Part shown: piece by piece, positions 18,248 to 26,374 of the stretch
Numbering within the stretch: the first letter of the stretch is position 1
How the letters are laid out: every line of letters begins with the position of its first letter
Source of the DNA: an uncultured Gemmatimonadales bacterium
Lineage (GTDB): Bacteria; Gemmatimonadota; Gemmatimonadetes; Gemmatimonadales; GWC2-71-9
Assembly (NCBI GenBank): GCA_963810185.1
Contig: CAWEMJ010000007.1
Coordinates: 836,190 to 900,189, forward strand
Reading direction: 5' to 3'
DNA length: 64,000 nt
The notes under the pieces: model-generated
Databases searched by the model: none
The model's input: the letters and a program-made list of their open reading frames with translations, nothing else
Told to the model about the DNA's origin: nothing
Translations under genes and position numbers: made by a program

Positions 18248-18928
18248 TCAGGTGGCGGGCGAACCGGACGGCACCACCGGCGCGCGATGGCTGGCGGCGT
18301 CCAGCAAACTCCGCACCTCATCATCGCTGGTTTGGTCAAAGTCCTCATACCACTGACCCACGCCGCCGAAAGAGCGGGGGAGAAGCACCGATACGCAGTC
18401 GTCCGCTATCTCCCGCATCCTTTCAACCGTTTCGCGCGCGGCCACCGGCACCGCCACAACGATTCGGAATGGGCCACGGGCCCGAACGCCAGCGACCGCG
18501 GCCGCCATGGTTGCACCGGTCGCGAGGCCGTCGTCCACGAGGAGCACGGTGCGGCCGTGAAGATCCGGAGGTGGGGCGTCGCCGCGATACAGGCGCGCGC
18601 GGCGGGCCAGTTCCGCCTGTTCCGAGGTGGCAACCTGCTCGATGACCCGTTGCGAAATGCGGAGCGGTTCGATCACCTCGCGATTGAGCACGCGCACGCC
18701 GCCTTCGGCGATGGCGCCCATCGCGAGTTCTTCATGGCCCGGGACCCCGAGCTTGCGGACCAGCAGGAGATCAAGCGGTGCGCCGAGTGCCAAGGCGACT
18801 TCGTAGGCGACGGGCACACCGCCGCGGGGCAGCGCGAGCACCAGCACCCCCGGTGCGCCGGCCATCGACTGCAGCGTGGCCGCCAATTGCCTCCCTGCGT
18901 CGCGACGATCGCGAAAGTTCGTCACCAC
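18248..18928 (-). CDS. Phosphoribosyltransferase-family protein
   Basis: PRPP-binding loop VLLVDDGLATGATM, plus N-terminal FRDRRDAGRQLA...ALPRGGVPVA typical of the 'putative phosphoribosyl transferase' family. Confidence 0.8.
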   Translation of the reverse strand: MVTNFRDRRDAGRQLAATLQSMAGAPGVLVLALPRGGVPVAYEVALALGAPLDLLLVRKLGVPGHEELAMGAIAEGGVRVLNREVIEPLRISQRVIEQVATSEQAELARRARLYRGDAPPPDLHGRTVLLVDDGLATGATMAAAVAGVRARGPFRIVVAVPVAARETVERMREIADDCVSVLLPRSFGGVGQWYEDFDQTSDDEVRSLLDAASHRAPVVPSGSPAT

Positions 18929-18970
18929 GAGCCCTCCTTCCAGGCCCTCCGACTCAACGTGGCCGGATCG

Positions 18971-19420
18971 CTAGCGGTTCGGGTTCGAAATCCGCTCCAG
19001 CACCTCTTCCACCAACTCCGGGTCTTCCGGCCCGACGCGCCGCGCGAGGTCGGCCTGCGTCACGATCCCGATGACACGGTGCCGCGCGTCGACCACAGGC
19101 AGTCGACGGACTTGGTGCTGTTCCATCCGGTCCGCGATCAGGCGGAGGTCGGAGTCGGCCAGGACGGTCAGCAGTCCCTCCCGTGTCATGTGATCCTCCA
19201 CCCGACAGTCGAGCTGATGACCTTCGGCCACGCACCGCACCACGATGTCCCGGTCGGTCAATACGCCGAGCAGGTGGCGATGATGCGTATCGTCCACCAC
19301 TGGCAGCATCCCCACGCGCAGCGTCCGCATCAGCCGTGCGGCGCTGGTGATCGTGTCGTTGACCGAGATCACGCTCGGTTCCGGGGTCATCAGGTTTCGA
19401 GCGTACATGGGGTGCCTCAC
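18971..19420 (-). CDS. CBS-pair domain protein
   Basis: Two CBS repeats (MTPEPSVISVNDTITSAARLM...LPVVDD and RRLPVVDARHRVIGIVTQADL). Confidence 0.85.
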   Translation of the reverse strand: MRHPMYARNLMTPEPSVISVNDTITSAARLMRTLRVGMLPVVDDTHHRHLLGVLTDRDIVVRCVAEGHQLDCRVEDHMTREGLLTVLADSDLRLIADRMEQHQVRRLPVVDARHRVIGIVTQADLARRVGPEDPELVEEVLERISNPNR

Positions 19421-19541
19421 GATGATGCGGTGGACGCGGTCTCGCGCAGGTGCGGCGCCGTGCCGAACCGGAACCTTCCGGAGTACCGACAGGATAGCTC
19501 ACGCGTCTCGAATTGACGGGGAAGGGCGGATGAGACTCTCT

Positions 19542-21848
19542 TCACGGACTCCCTTGCCGCCGAGCGGCGGCGGGCCGGGACCGCCGGAACACGATCAGTC
19601 CCACCAGGCGAGGATGCAGCGGCGATGGGTGGGGCGACGCCGCCGGCAGGCCTGGAAGGGCCGCCAGCAGGGCCGTGTCATCGAGCGTCGTCAGGGCATC
19701 GATCAGCATCGCCTCTCCGACGGTATGCCCTCCAGTGCAGAAGCCAAGCGCCCGCTCGAGGGTATGGAGGAGAGCCGCGTCCCGCCGCCGAGCGGCTTTG
19801 GTCGCGAGTGAGCGGAGTCGCCTGACTACCCGTAGGTCGCGCGGCGCTGGTGCAGACCCGACGGTGCGGCGCACCGAGGCGGCACGGAGCAGGCCCCGCA
19901 CCACGGGCGCCAGCGACGACAGGATCTGACTCACCTCGGTACCGGACGGAGGAACTGCGGGCGGGGCGTGGGCCGCCTCGAGCAAACGAGGCTCGACGAT
20001 CTCCGGAGTGTCGACCCACTCAAGGGCATGGTCACGCCACAGGACGGTGGATGCGATCACTTCCCCGCCGCGCTCGAGCGCTACACCGGCCAGCACGCCG
20101 TCTACATCCGACTCTACCGCGCACAACCCCTCGTTCCCCGGCCCCGGTATCGTCGCCGCGAGTTCACGGCGCCATCGCCAGTGACCACGCCCCTCCACAC
20201 CGAGCCCGTGTCGGGAGGGCAGGCGCGACTTGCGAAGCAGTATCTCCAGCTGATGCAGGCGAGTCTCGAATGCGGGGCCGGGCAGGAACCGGACGATGTC
20301 CACGTGCGAGCGTTGTGCTCCTCGGCGGACCGCGCGGCCGTCGCGCTGAGCCAGACGCACGTCCGTCCAGGGGAGGTCGTAGTGCACCACGCGCCCCACG
20401 GTCTGGAGATCGAGCCCCTCGGCCGCGACATCGGTGGTGACCAGCGTGCGGGGCCTTCCCCGGAGGCCTGTCGGAGCGAGGGCGCTTCCGGGCCGGAACC
20501 AGCCGAGGACGTCGTGCCTCGGCATGGATGTCCGACCGATGCCGGCGCGCTCGCCGGTGCACCAGGCCACCCATCGATCCGAGAGGCAGCCGCGCAAGAA
20601 GGTGACCGTCTCCCTCGCCGTGACGAAGACGAGTGTGGGGACGCCATCAGCGAGGAGATGCTCGAGGCGGGTGGACTTGGCGTCGGACTGGGTCGCAAGG
20701 CGGCTCGTGACGTCGATCAGGGTGGTGAGCGGGCGGAGGTCTTCGATCCGAAGTTCTCCCTCCTCCAGCGCCGCGGGCAGGAGTGACCAAAACAGGAGTT
20801 GTGCATCCGATCCGCCGATGACCTGTCGCAGGCTCCTCCGGTCAATCGGGTGGCCAGCAGCTCGGGCGTCCTCGGCGTGCCTGAGCAGGTGTTGGTAGCG
20901 TCGGAGCGTCGCGAGGAGGGCGGCCGCGCTCGATGTGGCAGCGCGAAGGAATGCGGACCGCACCAGCGCCGCCACCTCCGGGTGAGCCGAGAGCGCCAGC
21001 CCGTCGAGCCTCTCCAGGAGCGCGACCGCCCCACTGTCCACGACCTCCGCGGATTGTCGACTCGATGGAATCGCTCCGGCGTCGAGCCGCTGAACCACGA
21101 ACCGCCCGAGCGCGGCGGGCACGGAACTTCGGCCGAAAGCGGCCCGAAGTGATGGTGCCCCGTCCTCGGCGAGTGCGTCGTCGCGCAGCCCAAGATGGAG
21201 TTGATGGTACAGATCCTCGGGACTGTTGACGATGGGCGTGGCGCTCAACAGCAGAACACGCTTGCCAACGAGCCAGGGAGCCAGGGTTTGATACCTCCGA
21301 ATCTTGGGATGACGAAAGTGATGGCTCTCATCGACGATGACGAGTGACGGTCCGCGCGGCGGCAACCGACCTCGGGAGAGCCGGGCGTGCGACCACACGA
21401 CGGCCGGCACCCCCAGGCGCTGGGCCGTCAACTGCCACTGGGGGACCAGCGAGGCGGGCACAAAGCAGACGGCCGGCTCCGCGCCAAGTGCCTTTGCCAC
21501 CGCCAGGGCGAGGTAGGTCTTTCCGCTCCCGACCGGCTCGGCGCAGAGTACCGCACCGTCGGCACGGACTGCATGCAGCAGCAGTCGAAACGCATCTCCC
21601 TGGGCTGAATCCAGCCAAGGCGGCGGTTCATCCCGGGCTCGGCGCGGTGCGAGCGAGCCGGCCAACGCCCGCGCCACCGCCGCCGGGCTCTCGGCGGGTC
21701 CCGGACGGAGGACGCCGGTCAGCGGGTCGGACACCGGCCGAAGCGCTTCAGCGACGACGCGGGGCGCCCACGCCCACCACTTCGGCGAGAATGCGTCGTT
21801 CCTCGGGTCCAAGGTCAAGCGAGTCTCCCACATAGTCATCGAGCTCAT
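19542..21848 (-). CDS. SNF2-family (SF2) helicase/translocase, partner of the upstream methyltransferase; start uncertain
   Basis: Motif I EPVGSGKTYLA, motif II VIVDESHHF, motif III LLLSATPIVNSPEDLY, motif V TTDVAAEGLDLQ and motif VI HYDLPWTDVRLAQRDGRAVRRG. Candidate starts are TTG 21884, ATG 21848/21839/21833, TTG 21818/21812 and GTG 21734. All but the last overlap the methyltransferase 3' end. Confidence 0.8.
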   Translation of the reverse strand: MSSMTMWETRLTLDPRNDAFSPKWWAWAPRVVAEALRPVSDPLTGVLRPGPAESPAAVARALAGSLAPRRARDEPPPWLDSAQGDAFRLLLHAVRADGAVLCAEPVGSGKTYLALAVAKALGAEPAVCFVPASLVPQWQLTAQRLGVPAVVWSHARLSRGRLPPRGPSLVIVDESHHFRHPKIRRYQTLAPWLVGKRVLLLSATPIVNSPEDLYHQLHLGLRDDALAEDGAPSLRAAFGRSSVPAALGRFVVQRLDAGAIPSSRQSAEVVDSGAVALLERLDGLALSAHPEVAALVRSAFLRAATSSAAALLATLRRYQHLLRHAEDARAAGHPIDRRSLRQVIGGSDAQLLFWSLLPAALEEGELRIEDLRPLTTLIDVTSRLATQSDAKSTRLEHLLADGVPTLVFVTARETVTFLRGCLSDRWVAWCTGERAGIGRTSMPRHDVLGWFRPGSALAPTGLRGRPRTLVTTDVAAEGLDLQTVGRVVHYDLPWTDVRLAQRDGRAVRRGAQRSHVDIVRFLPGPAFETRLHQLEILLRKSRLPSRHGLGVEGRGHWRWRRELAATIPGPGNEGLCAVESDVDGVLAGVALERGGEVIASTVLWRDHALEWVDTPEIVEPRLLEAAHAPPAVPPSGTEVSQILSSLAPVVRGLLRAASVRRTVGSAPAPRDLRVVRRLRSLATKAARRRDAALLHTLERALGFCTGGHTVGEAMLIDALTTLDDTALLAALPGLPAASPHPSPLHPRLVGLIVFRRSRPAAARRQGSP

Positions 21849-24771
21849 CTTGCACGGCCTCTCCGGCCAGTCCCCGGTGGGCAAGCACGACCAGCCGAGG
21901 AGTGTCCAGCGCGCCAGGCGGCAGCGGGACGGCGCCTACCGCCCGTGCATTGAACCGGGCGAAGCCCCCGTTGGCGGGGTCGGCCGCAGCGCGCGCCACG
22001 GCGCGGATATAGGTGGAGTTGAGCCAGGCGCAGAGGGCCAGCGCCAGTTCCGGCGACGCGCAGCGCACGAGATAGCAGGTGTTCAACGGCACAAAGTGGG
22101 ATGCCGCCGATCCGACCAGGCAGGCCGCCTCGAGTCTCGGGGCCAGGTCCGACCAGACAACGCGCGGAGTCGCGCCACCGGCGGAGGCGCGGAAGAGCGA
22201 CCAGGGTTGTCCTCCCACGTCGTCCGAACGCCCGCGGAGCGCCTCGATGTGACGGGCAAAGTGCCGAGCTGCCCCGGCGGGCAGCGACGGGAGCACGATC
22301 CCGCGGGAGTCATGGGTCCAGATGATCTGACCCGATGGGGTTGCCCGAAACGCACGGATGTCCCTCCCGTGCAACGCAGGGCGTACGAGCTCGGACTCGA
22401 TTTCGGGGCTCGGCGCCAGAAACAGGTGGTTGGCCCCCGTCTTGACCCCGAGTTGGATGCGGAGCGCATCAGAGAGCGATCGATGTCGCCTCAGGTGCGT
22501 CATCGCTCGATGGAGGTTTCCGGACAGCAGGACCCACGGCGCGCCCGGGCCGGCCGGCGGCTCGAGCGGCGTCCTGGTGGCGGCGTCCAGGCCGAGCATC
22601 GGCCGGTGGGTTTCAGGAGGCGGGTGCGACCTGACCACGATCACCAGGGGATATGTGGTGGCGTCGAAGTTGGCCTCGGGATGATGCGTCAGGTCGGCTA
22701 GGGCAAGCAGGGTTCCGCTCTCGGTGAGCGCCGACCGCACCACTGCTCCATACGCAGCCGTCGCGATCTTGGCGGGGACGAGCATTGCGAGGACCCCGCC
22801 CGGCGCGGTGAGTTCCCATCCGCGCTCCAGGAACGCGACCGCGAGATCCGGCTGGTGGCCGTAGCCACGCTCGCGTCCGGCACGCCACCAGCGGAATCGC
22901 TCCCGCAACTGTGTTCGCATGGAGGCAGTGAGTGACTCGGCTCTCACCCAGGGCGGATTGCCCACCACCACGTCGAATCCTCCGCGCGCCATCACGTCAC
23001 CAAAATGCGTGTCGAAGTCGAAGGCCGGCGCCTCCCCGGATTCAAGCAGCCGCCGGCGAACGGACCGGAGGGAGCTCAGCTCCCGCCGCGCGAGGCGGAG
23101 CGCCTTTCGCAACCGCGGGTCGAGCCCGCGAGAGTCACCGAAGAGTGTCTTCTCGCGTCCCGACGACAGCAATGTCCTGATGTCCGCTTCCCGCTCCACC
23201 ACGGCAGCGTCAAGCCGTTCGGACGCCGTGTCCAACTCGAGTCGGCGGAGGAGGTGAAGGGCGTCACGCTTGGCGACGCCACTCGCGGCCGCCGCGGCGT
23301 ACCGGGCCGCACCAAGGGCATGGGCGTGTCGTGAGGCGCGGAGCGGGTGCCTCAGCATCAGGCGCAGCGGGTCCGTCAGGCTGTCCCCCTGGCGCACGAA
23401 CCCGTCCAGATTCGGCAGCGGCTCCACCCGGTCCGGCGCGCCGTCCGGTTCCGCGCTGATGACCGCGAGCCAGAGACGCAATTCCGCTAGCCGGATGGCA
23501 GCGGGATTGAGGTCCACGCCGTACAGGTTGCGCGAGACGATGCGCCGCGGCGTGGCCATCCGCCCGGCGGCTGTCCGGCAGACGACGAGGCGCTGCAGCG
23601 CCCCGAGGAGGAAGGCACCAGAGCCGACGGCCGGGTCGAGAATGGTGATGTCGTCGAGGAGGCGGACGGCCGATTCGTCGCCTGCGTCGAGGCGCGCCAG
23701 CGCGGCGGCATCGGAACACCCCAGCTTGCCGCCCACAAACCCGGCAAGGGCGGCGCCGACCACCGATTGCACCAGTGCACGCGGTGTGTAGTAGGTGCCG
23801 CTCCGCTTTCGTGCGACCGGATCCATGACCCCTTCGAAGACCCGCCCCAGCATGTCCGGGGCGATGCCGCCGCTCGCCGCCTCGTTCAGGGTGAAGTGAT
23901 ACCGCTCGAACAGGGTGTCGAACGCGTCCCGCCAAGTCGCGTCGGGGATGACCGGTCGATATCGGCGCTCGAGCCGGTGCGGCTCGAACAGCCCACCGTT
24001 CAGGAAGGGGATGCGGCCGAACGTCCGGGCCGTACCTGGGCGCCGCGGCGCCGGCTGATTCAGGGTCCCGAAGAAGAGCGGCAGGAGCAGGCGCCGGTGG
24101 ATCGCTTTCCGGTGGAAGAGACAGTCGTCGACGTGTCCGCGGAGGAAGTGGTCGTCGCCATTGAGCCATCCCTTGGCCTGGACGAAGTAGAGGAACAGCA
24201 CGCGGGTAAGCTGCAGCAACGCCAGCTCGTGTCGGTCCCGTTCAGCCATCCCGGCGGGCAGCGCGCTGATGAACCGGTCGAGGGTGGCACGGAACGAGGC
24301 GAAGAACTGGCGCCCCAGCCCAGCCCCCGACAGTGCCTCCGCAGTACGGGCCGCGATGCCGAGGGATCCGCCGGCTTCGGCACCGCCGATGCGGGCGAGG
24401 CAGCTCGCGGCCAGTTGGCCGGGGCGGTCGAGGTCCACCTCGAGCGTCGGCGTGCCGTCGAAGGCCACCGACACCGCCAGTTGTCGGCGGGCCTGGTCCA
24501 GCCCGAACACGCCGCACACGCGCCCGCGCTCGGCCAGCCGCCGCGCGATCCTGGGTGCTGACCGTGCCGGATCACTTGACGCGAGGGCATACCAGGTGAA
24601 GCCTCCCAGTCGGCCGACGATGGCCGCCTCCATGGGAGGATCGGAGCGTCGCCCGAGATCGAGCGTGCCGGCGTCGATCGGTTCCCAGAGCGGCTCGTGG
24701 CCAAGTGCGGCCACGAGGTGCGGCAGGTCGTGGAGCGCGACGATGGACCGGAGGACGTGGCCTGGCAGCAT
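21748..24771 (-). CDS. Large gamma-class N6-adenine DNA methyltransferase with target-recognition domain (PglX / type IIG / Eco57I-like architecture)
   Basis: Helical N-terminal region LFLYFVQAKGWL and FLNGGLFE. Motif X SGTYYTPRALV, motif I ILDPAVGSGAFL, YGVDLNPAAIRLAELRL and motif IV VVGNPPWVRAE. A TRD-type LGVKTGANHLFL motif lies in the C-terminal 350 aa. Confidence 0.85.
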   Translation of the reverse strand: MLPGHVLRSIVALHDLPHLVAALGHEPLWEPIDAGTLDLGRRSDPPMEAAIVGRLGGFTWYALASSDPARSAPRIARRLAERGRVCGVFGLDQARRQLAVSVAFDGTPTLEVDLDRPGQLAASCLARIGGAEAGGSLGIAARTAEALSGAGLGRQFFASFRATLDRFISALPAGMAERDRHELALLQLTRVLFLYFVQAKGWLNGDDHFLRGHVDDCLFHRKAIHRRLLLPLFFGTLNQPAPRRPGTARTFGRIPFLNGGLFEPHRLERRYRPVIPDATWRDAFDTLFERYHFTLNEAASGGIAPDMLGRVFEGVMDPVARKRSGTYYTPRALVQSVVGAALAGFVGGKLGCSDAAALARLDAGDESAVRLLDDITILDPAVGSGAFLLGALQRLVVCRTAAGRMATPRRIVSRNLYGVDLNPAAIRLAELRLWLAVISAEPDGAPDRVEPLPNLDGFVRQGDSLTDPLRLMLRHPLRASRHAHALGAARYAAAAASGVAKRDALHLLRRLELDTASERLDAAVVEREADIRTLLSSGREKTLFGDSRGLDPRLRKALRLARRELSSLRSVRRRLLESGEAPAFDFDTHFGDVMARGGFDVVVGNPPWVRAESLTASMRTQLRERFRWWRAGRERGYGHQPDLAVAFLERGWELTAPGGVLAMLVPAKIATAAYGAVVRSALTESGTLLALADLTHHPEANFDATTYPLVIVVRSHPPPETHRPMLGLDAATRTPLEPPAGPGAPWVLLSGNLHRAMTHLRRHRSLSDALRIQLGVKTGANHLFLAPSPEIESELVRPALHGRDIRAFRATPSGQIIWTHDSRGIVLPSLPAGAARHFARHIEALRGRSDDVGGQPWSLFRASAGGATPRVVWSDLAPRLEAACLVGSAASHFVPLNTCYLVRCASPELALALCAWLNSTYIRAVARAAADPANGGFARFNARAVGAVPLPPGALDTPRLVVLAHRGLAGEAVQDELDDYVGDSLDLGPEERRILAEVVGVGAPRRR

Positions 24772-24773
24772 GG

Positions 24774-24806
24774 GGGCATCCTGGGAACGGGTGTCGCAGG
24801 ATGCCC
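24774..24806 (-). promoter_or_regulatory. 10-bp perfect hairpin abutting the methyltransferase start codon and containing its Shine-Dalgarno-like AGGA
   Basis: The minus strand reads GGGCATCCTG-CGACACCCGTTCC-CAGGATGCCC-CC-ATG. The arms are 24797-24806 and 24774-24783, and the ATG is at 24771. Confidence 0.4.
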
Positions 24807-24889
24807 GGAGGATGGGGAAGTGAGGGTACCGTTACGCCGCAGAGATGGACAGATTCATCTCCACGCCCTTCCCAATGCGAAGAGGAAGC

Positions 24890-25543
24890 ATGCCCAAATC
24901 GCCCCGTTCCAATCGACCGAGGAAGAAGCCGGCGCCTCCCGCCGGTCCGGCCAGCCCGTTCCGACCGCACCCCTGGCACGGGATCGCCGTAGGGCCGGCG
25001 CCGCCCGATGTGCTCAATGTGTTCGTGGAAATCACGCCGTTCGACCTCATGAAATATGAAGTGGACAAGGTGTCGGGGTACCTCCGCGTCGACCGGCCAC
25101 AGCGGACGTCGTCCCAGCCACCGAGCCTGTACGGATTCATCCCGCGCACCTACTGCCACGAGCGAGTGTGCCGGTTGACTCCCGAGGCGGATCATGGGGA
25201 CGGCGACCCGCTGGACATCTGCGTGCTGAGCGAGCGGGCCATCAACCGCAACGAGATCCTGGTCCGTGCCCGGATCATCGGGGGGCTGCAGATGGTGGAC
25301 GGGGGGGAGGCGGACGACAAGATCATCAGTGTGCTCGAGAACGATTACGTCTGGGGGGCGGCGCGCGACATCGCGGATGTGCCGCCCGTCCTGATCGAGC
25401 GCCTCCAGCACTACTTCATGACCTACAAACTGGTGCCCGGCGAGCCGGTGCACGCCCATGTGGCCGGGGTCTACGGCCGCACCCACGCGCGGAAGGTGGT
25501 CCGGGCTGCCATGGCTGACTACGCCGCCGCGTTCGGGGCCTGA
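24890..25543 (+). CDS. ppa: Family I inorganic pyrophosphatase
   Basis: HPWHGI, YEVDK, GFIPRT and [10 protein letters not shown] motifs. ATG 24890 is preceded by AGAGGAAG. In-frame ATGs at 24845 and 24875 lack an RBS. Confidence 0.85.
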   Translation: MPKSPRSNRPRKKPAPPAGPASPFRPHPWHGIAVGPAPPDVLNVFVEITPFDLMKYEVDKVSGYLRVDRPQRTSSQPPSLYGFIPRTYCHERVCRLTPEADHGDGDPLDICVLSERAINRNEILVRARIIGGLQMVDGGEADDKIISVLENDYVWGAARDIADVPPVLIERLQHYFMTYKLVPGEPVHAHVAGVYGRTHARKVVRAAMADYAAAFGA

Positions 25544-25581
25544 CCAAGACGCGCCGCAACCGGCGCAGGGAGGACGGACCG

Positions 25582-26052
25582 ATGCGAATGAAGTATGGGT
25601 GGATCGGCGTCGCGGCCGCAGTGGTCGGAGCGAGCTCCGCGTCTGCACAGAACCCGGCGACCGCCGCTGCCGCGCCGAAGTATTACACGTCGCCTGACTC
25701 CGTCATGAAGGCGCTGCCGTTCTCGGAGGCGGTCCAGGTGGGCAACCTCCTGTTCCTGTCCGGCCAGATCGGCGTCCTGCCCGGCACCACGACCCTCGCG
25801 CCGGGTGGCATCGGCCCGGAGTCGCGGCAGACGCTTGAGAACATCCGCGCCATCCTGGGGCGCCACGGCGCCTCGCTCAAGGACGTCGTGAAGTGCACGG
25901 TGTTCCTGGCCGACATGGGCGAGTGGGGGGCGTTCAATGTCGTGTATCGGGAGTTCTTCGCGGCGCCCTACCCGGCCCGAAGCGCGCTGGGCAGCAGCGG
26001 ACTCGCGTTCAAGGCGCGGGTGGAGGTGGAGTGTATTGCGGTGCTGCCTTAG
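25582..26052 (+). CDS. RidA/YjgF-family protein with N-terminal signal peptide
   Basis: YjgF/UK114-type core (GNLLFLSGQIG...VKCTVFLADM...RSALG...VEVECIA) preceded by a hydrophobic signal MKYGWIGVAAAVVGASSASA. Confidence 0.85.
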   Translation: MRMKYGWIGVAAAVVGASSASAQNPATAAAAPKYYTSPDSVMKALPFSEAVQVGNLLFLSGQIGVLPGTTTLAPGGIGPESRQTLENIRAILGRHGASLKDVVKCTVFLADMGEWGAFNVVYREFFAAPYPARSALGSSGLAFKARVEVECIAVLP

Positions 26053-26300
26053 TAGTTCTCCAGCACCAGCGTCGAGAGGGCGTCCAGCGCCTGGTGCTCC
26101 GGCTTCACCTTGCCGTCGACCGTGAAGCGGATGTTCATGGCACAGAGTTCCTCGAGCGCGGTGCTCTGCTGCGTGCCCAGCGGCAAGATGTACGGCGCGC
26201 CTTCGGTGCGCATCCTGGCGACCTCGCGGATGAGCCAGTCCGGCTTGTCCGAGGCCGTTTCAAGCGCGGCCAGCATGTCGGCGGTGATGGTCAGGCGCAT
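26049..26300 (-). CDS. Small hypothetical protein (83 aa)
   Basis: Internal ATG at 26300 (MRLTITADML...). It lies downstream of the BTAD-TolB gene on the same strand. No family recognised. Its 3' end has a diverged copy at 31946-31981. Confidence 0.4.
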   Translation of the reverse strand: MRLTITADMLAALETASDKPDWLIREVARMRTEGAPYILPLGTQQSTALEELCAMNIRFTVDGKVKPEHQALDALSTLVLENY

Positions 26301-26374
26301 GCCGTCTCCCAATAGAGGTGTTGGGTAAAGATTCGCCGGGGAAGGGCAGGAAGCAACTCCGTGTTCCCCCCCCG

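Noticed and set aside
19467-19482. Palindrome CCGGAACCTTCCGG between the helicase stop and the CBS gene as a terminator
   Set aside because: The 6-bp stem has only a 2-nt loop, which is sterically poor for an RNA hairpin, and there is no U-tract. It could be a protein-binding site, but there is no supporting evidence.
24845-24889. Longer pyrophosphatase with a start at ATG 24845 (or 24875)
   Set aside because: Neither upstream ATG has a purine-rich RBS, and the extra residues are not part of the PPase fold. ATG 24890 follows AGAGGAAG. The basic N-terminal extension ([12 protein letters not shown]...) after 24890 remains unexplained.
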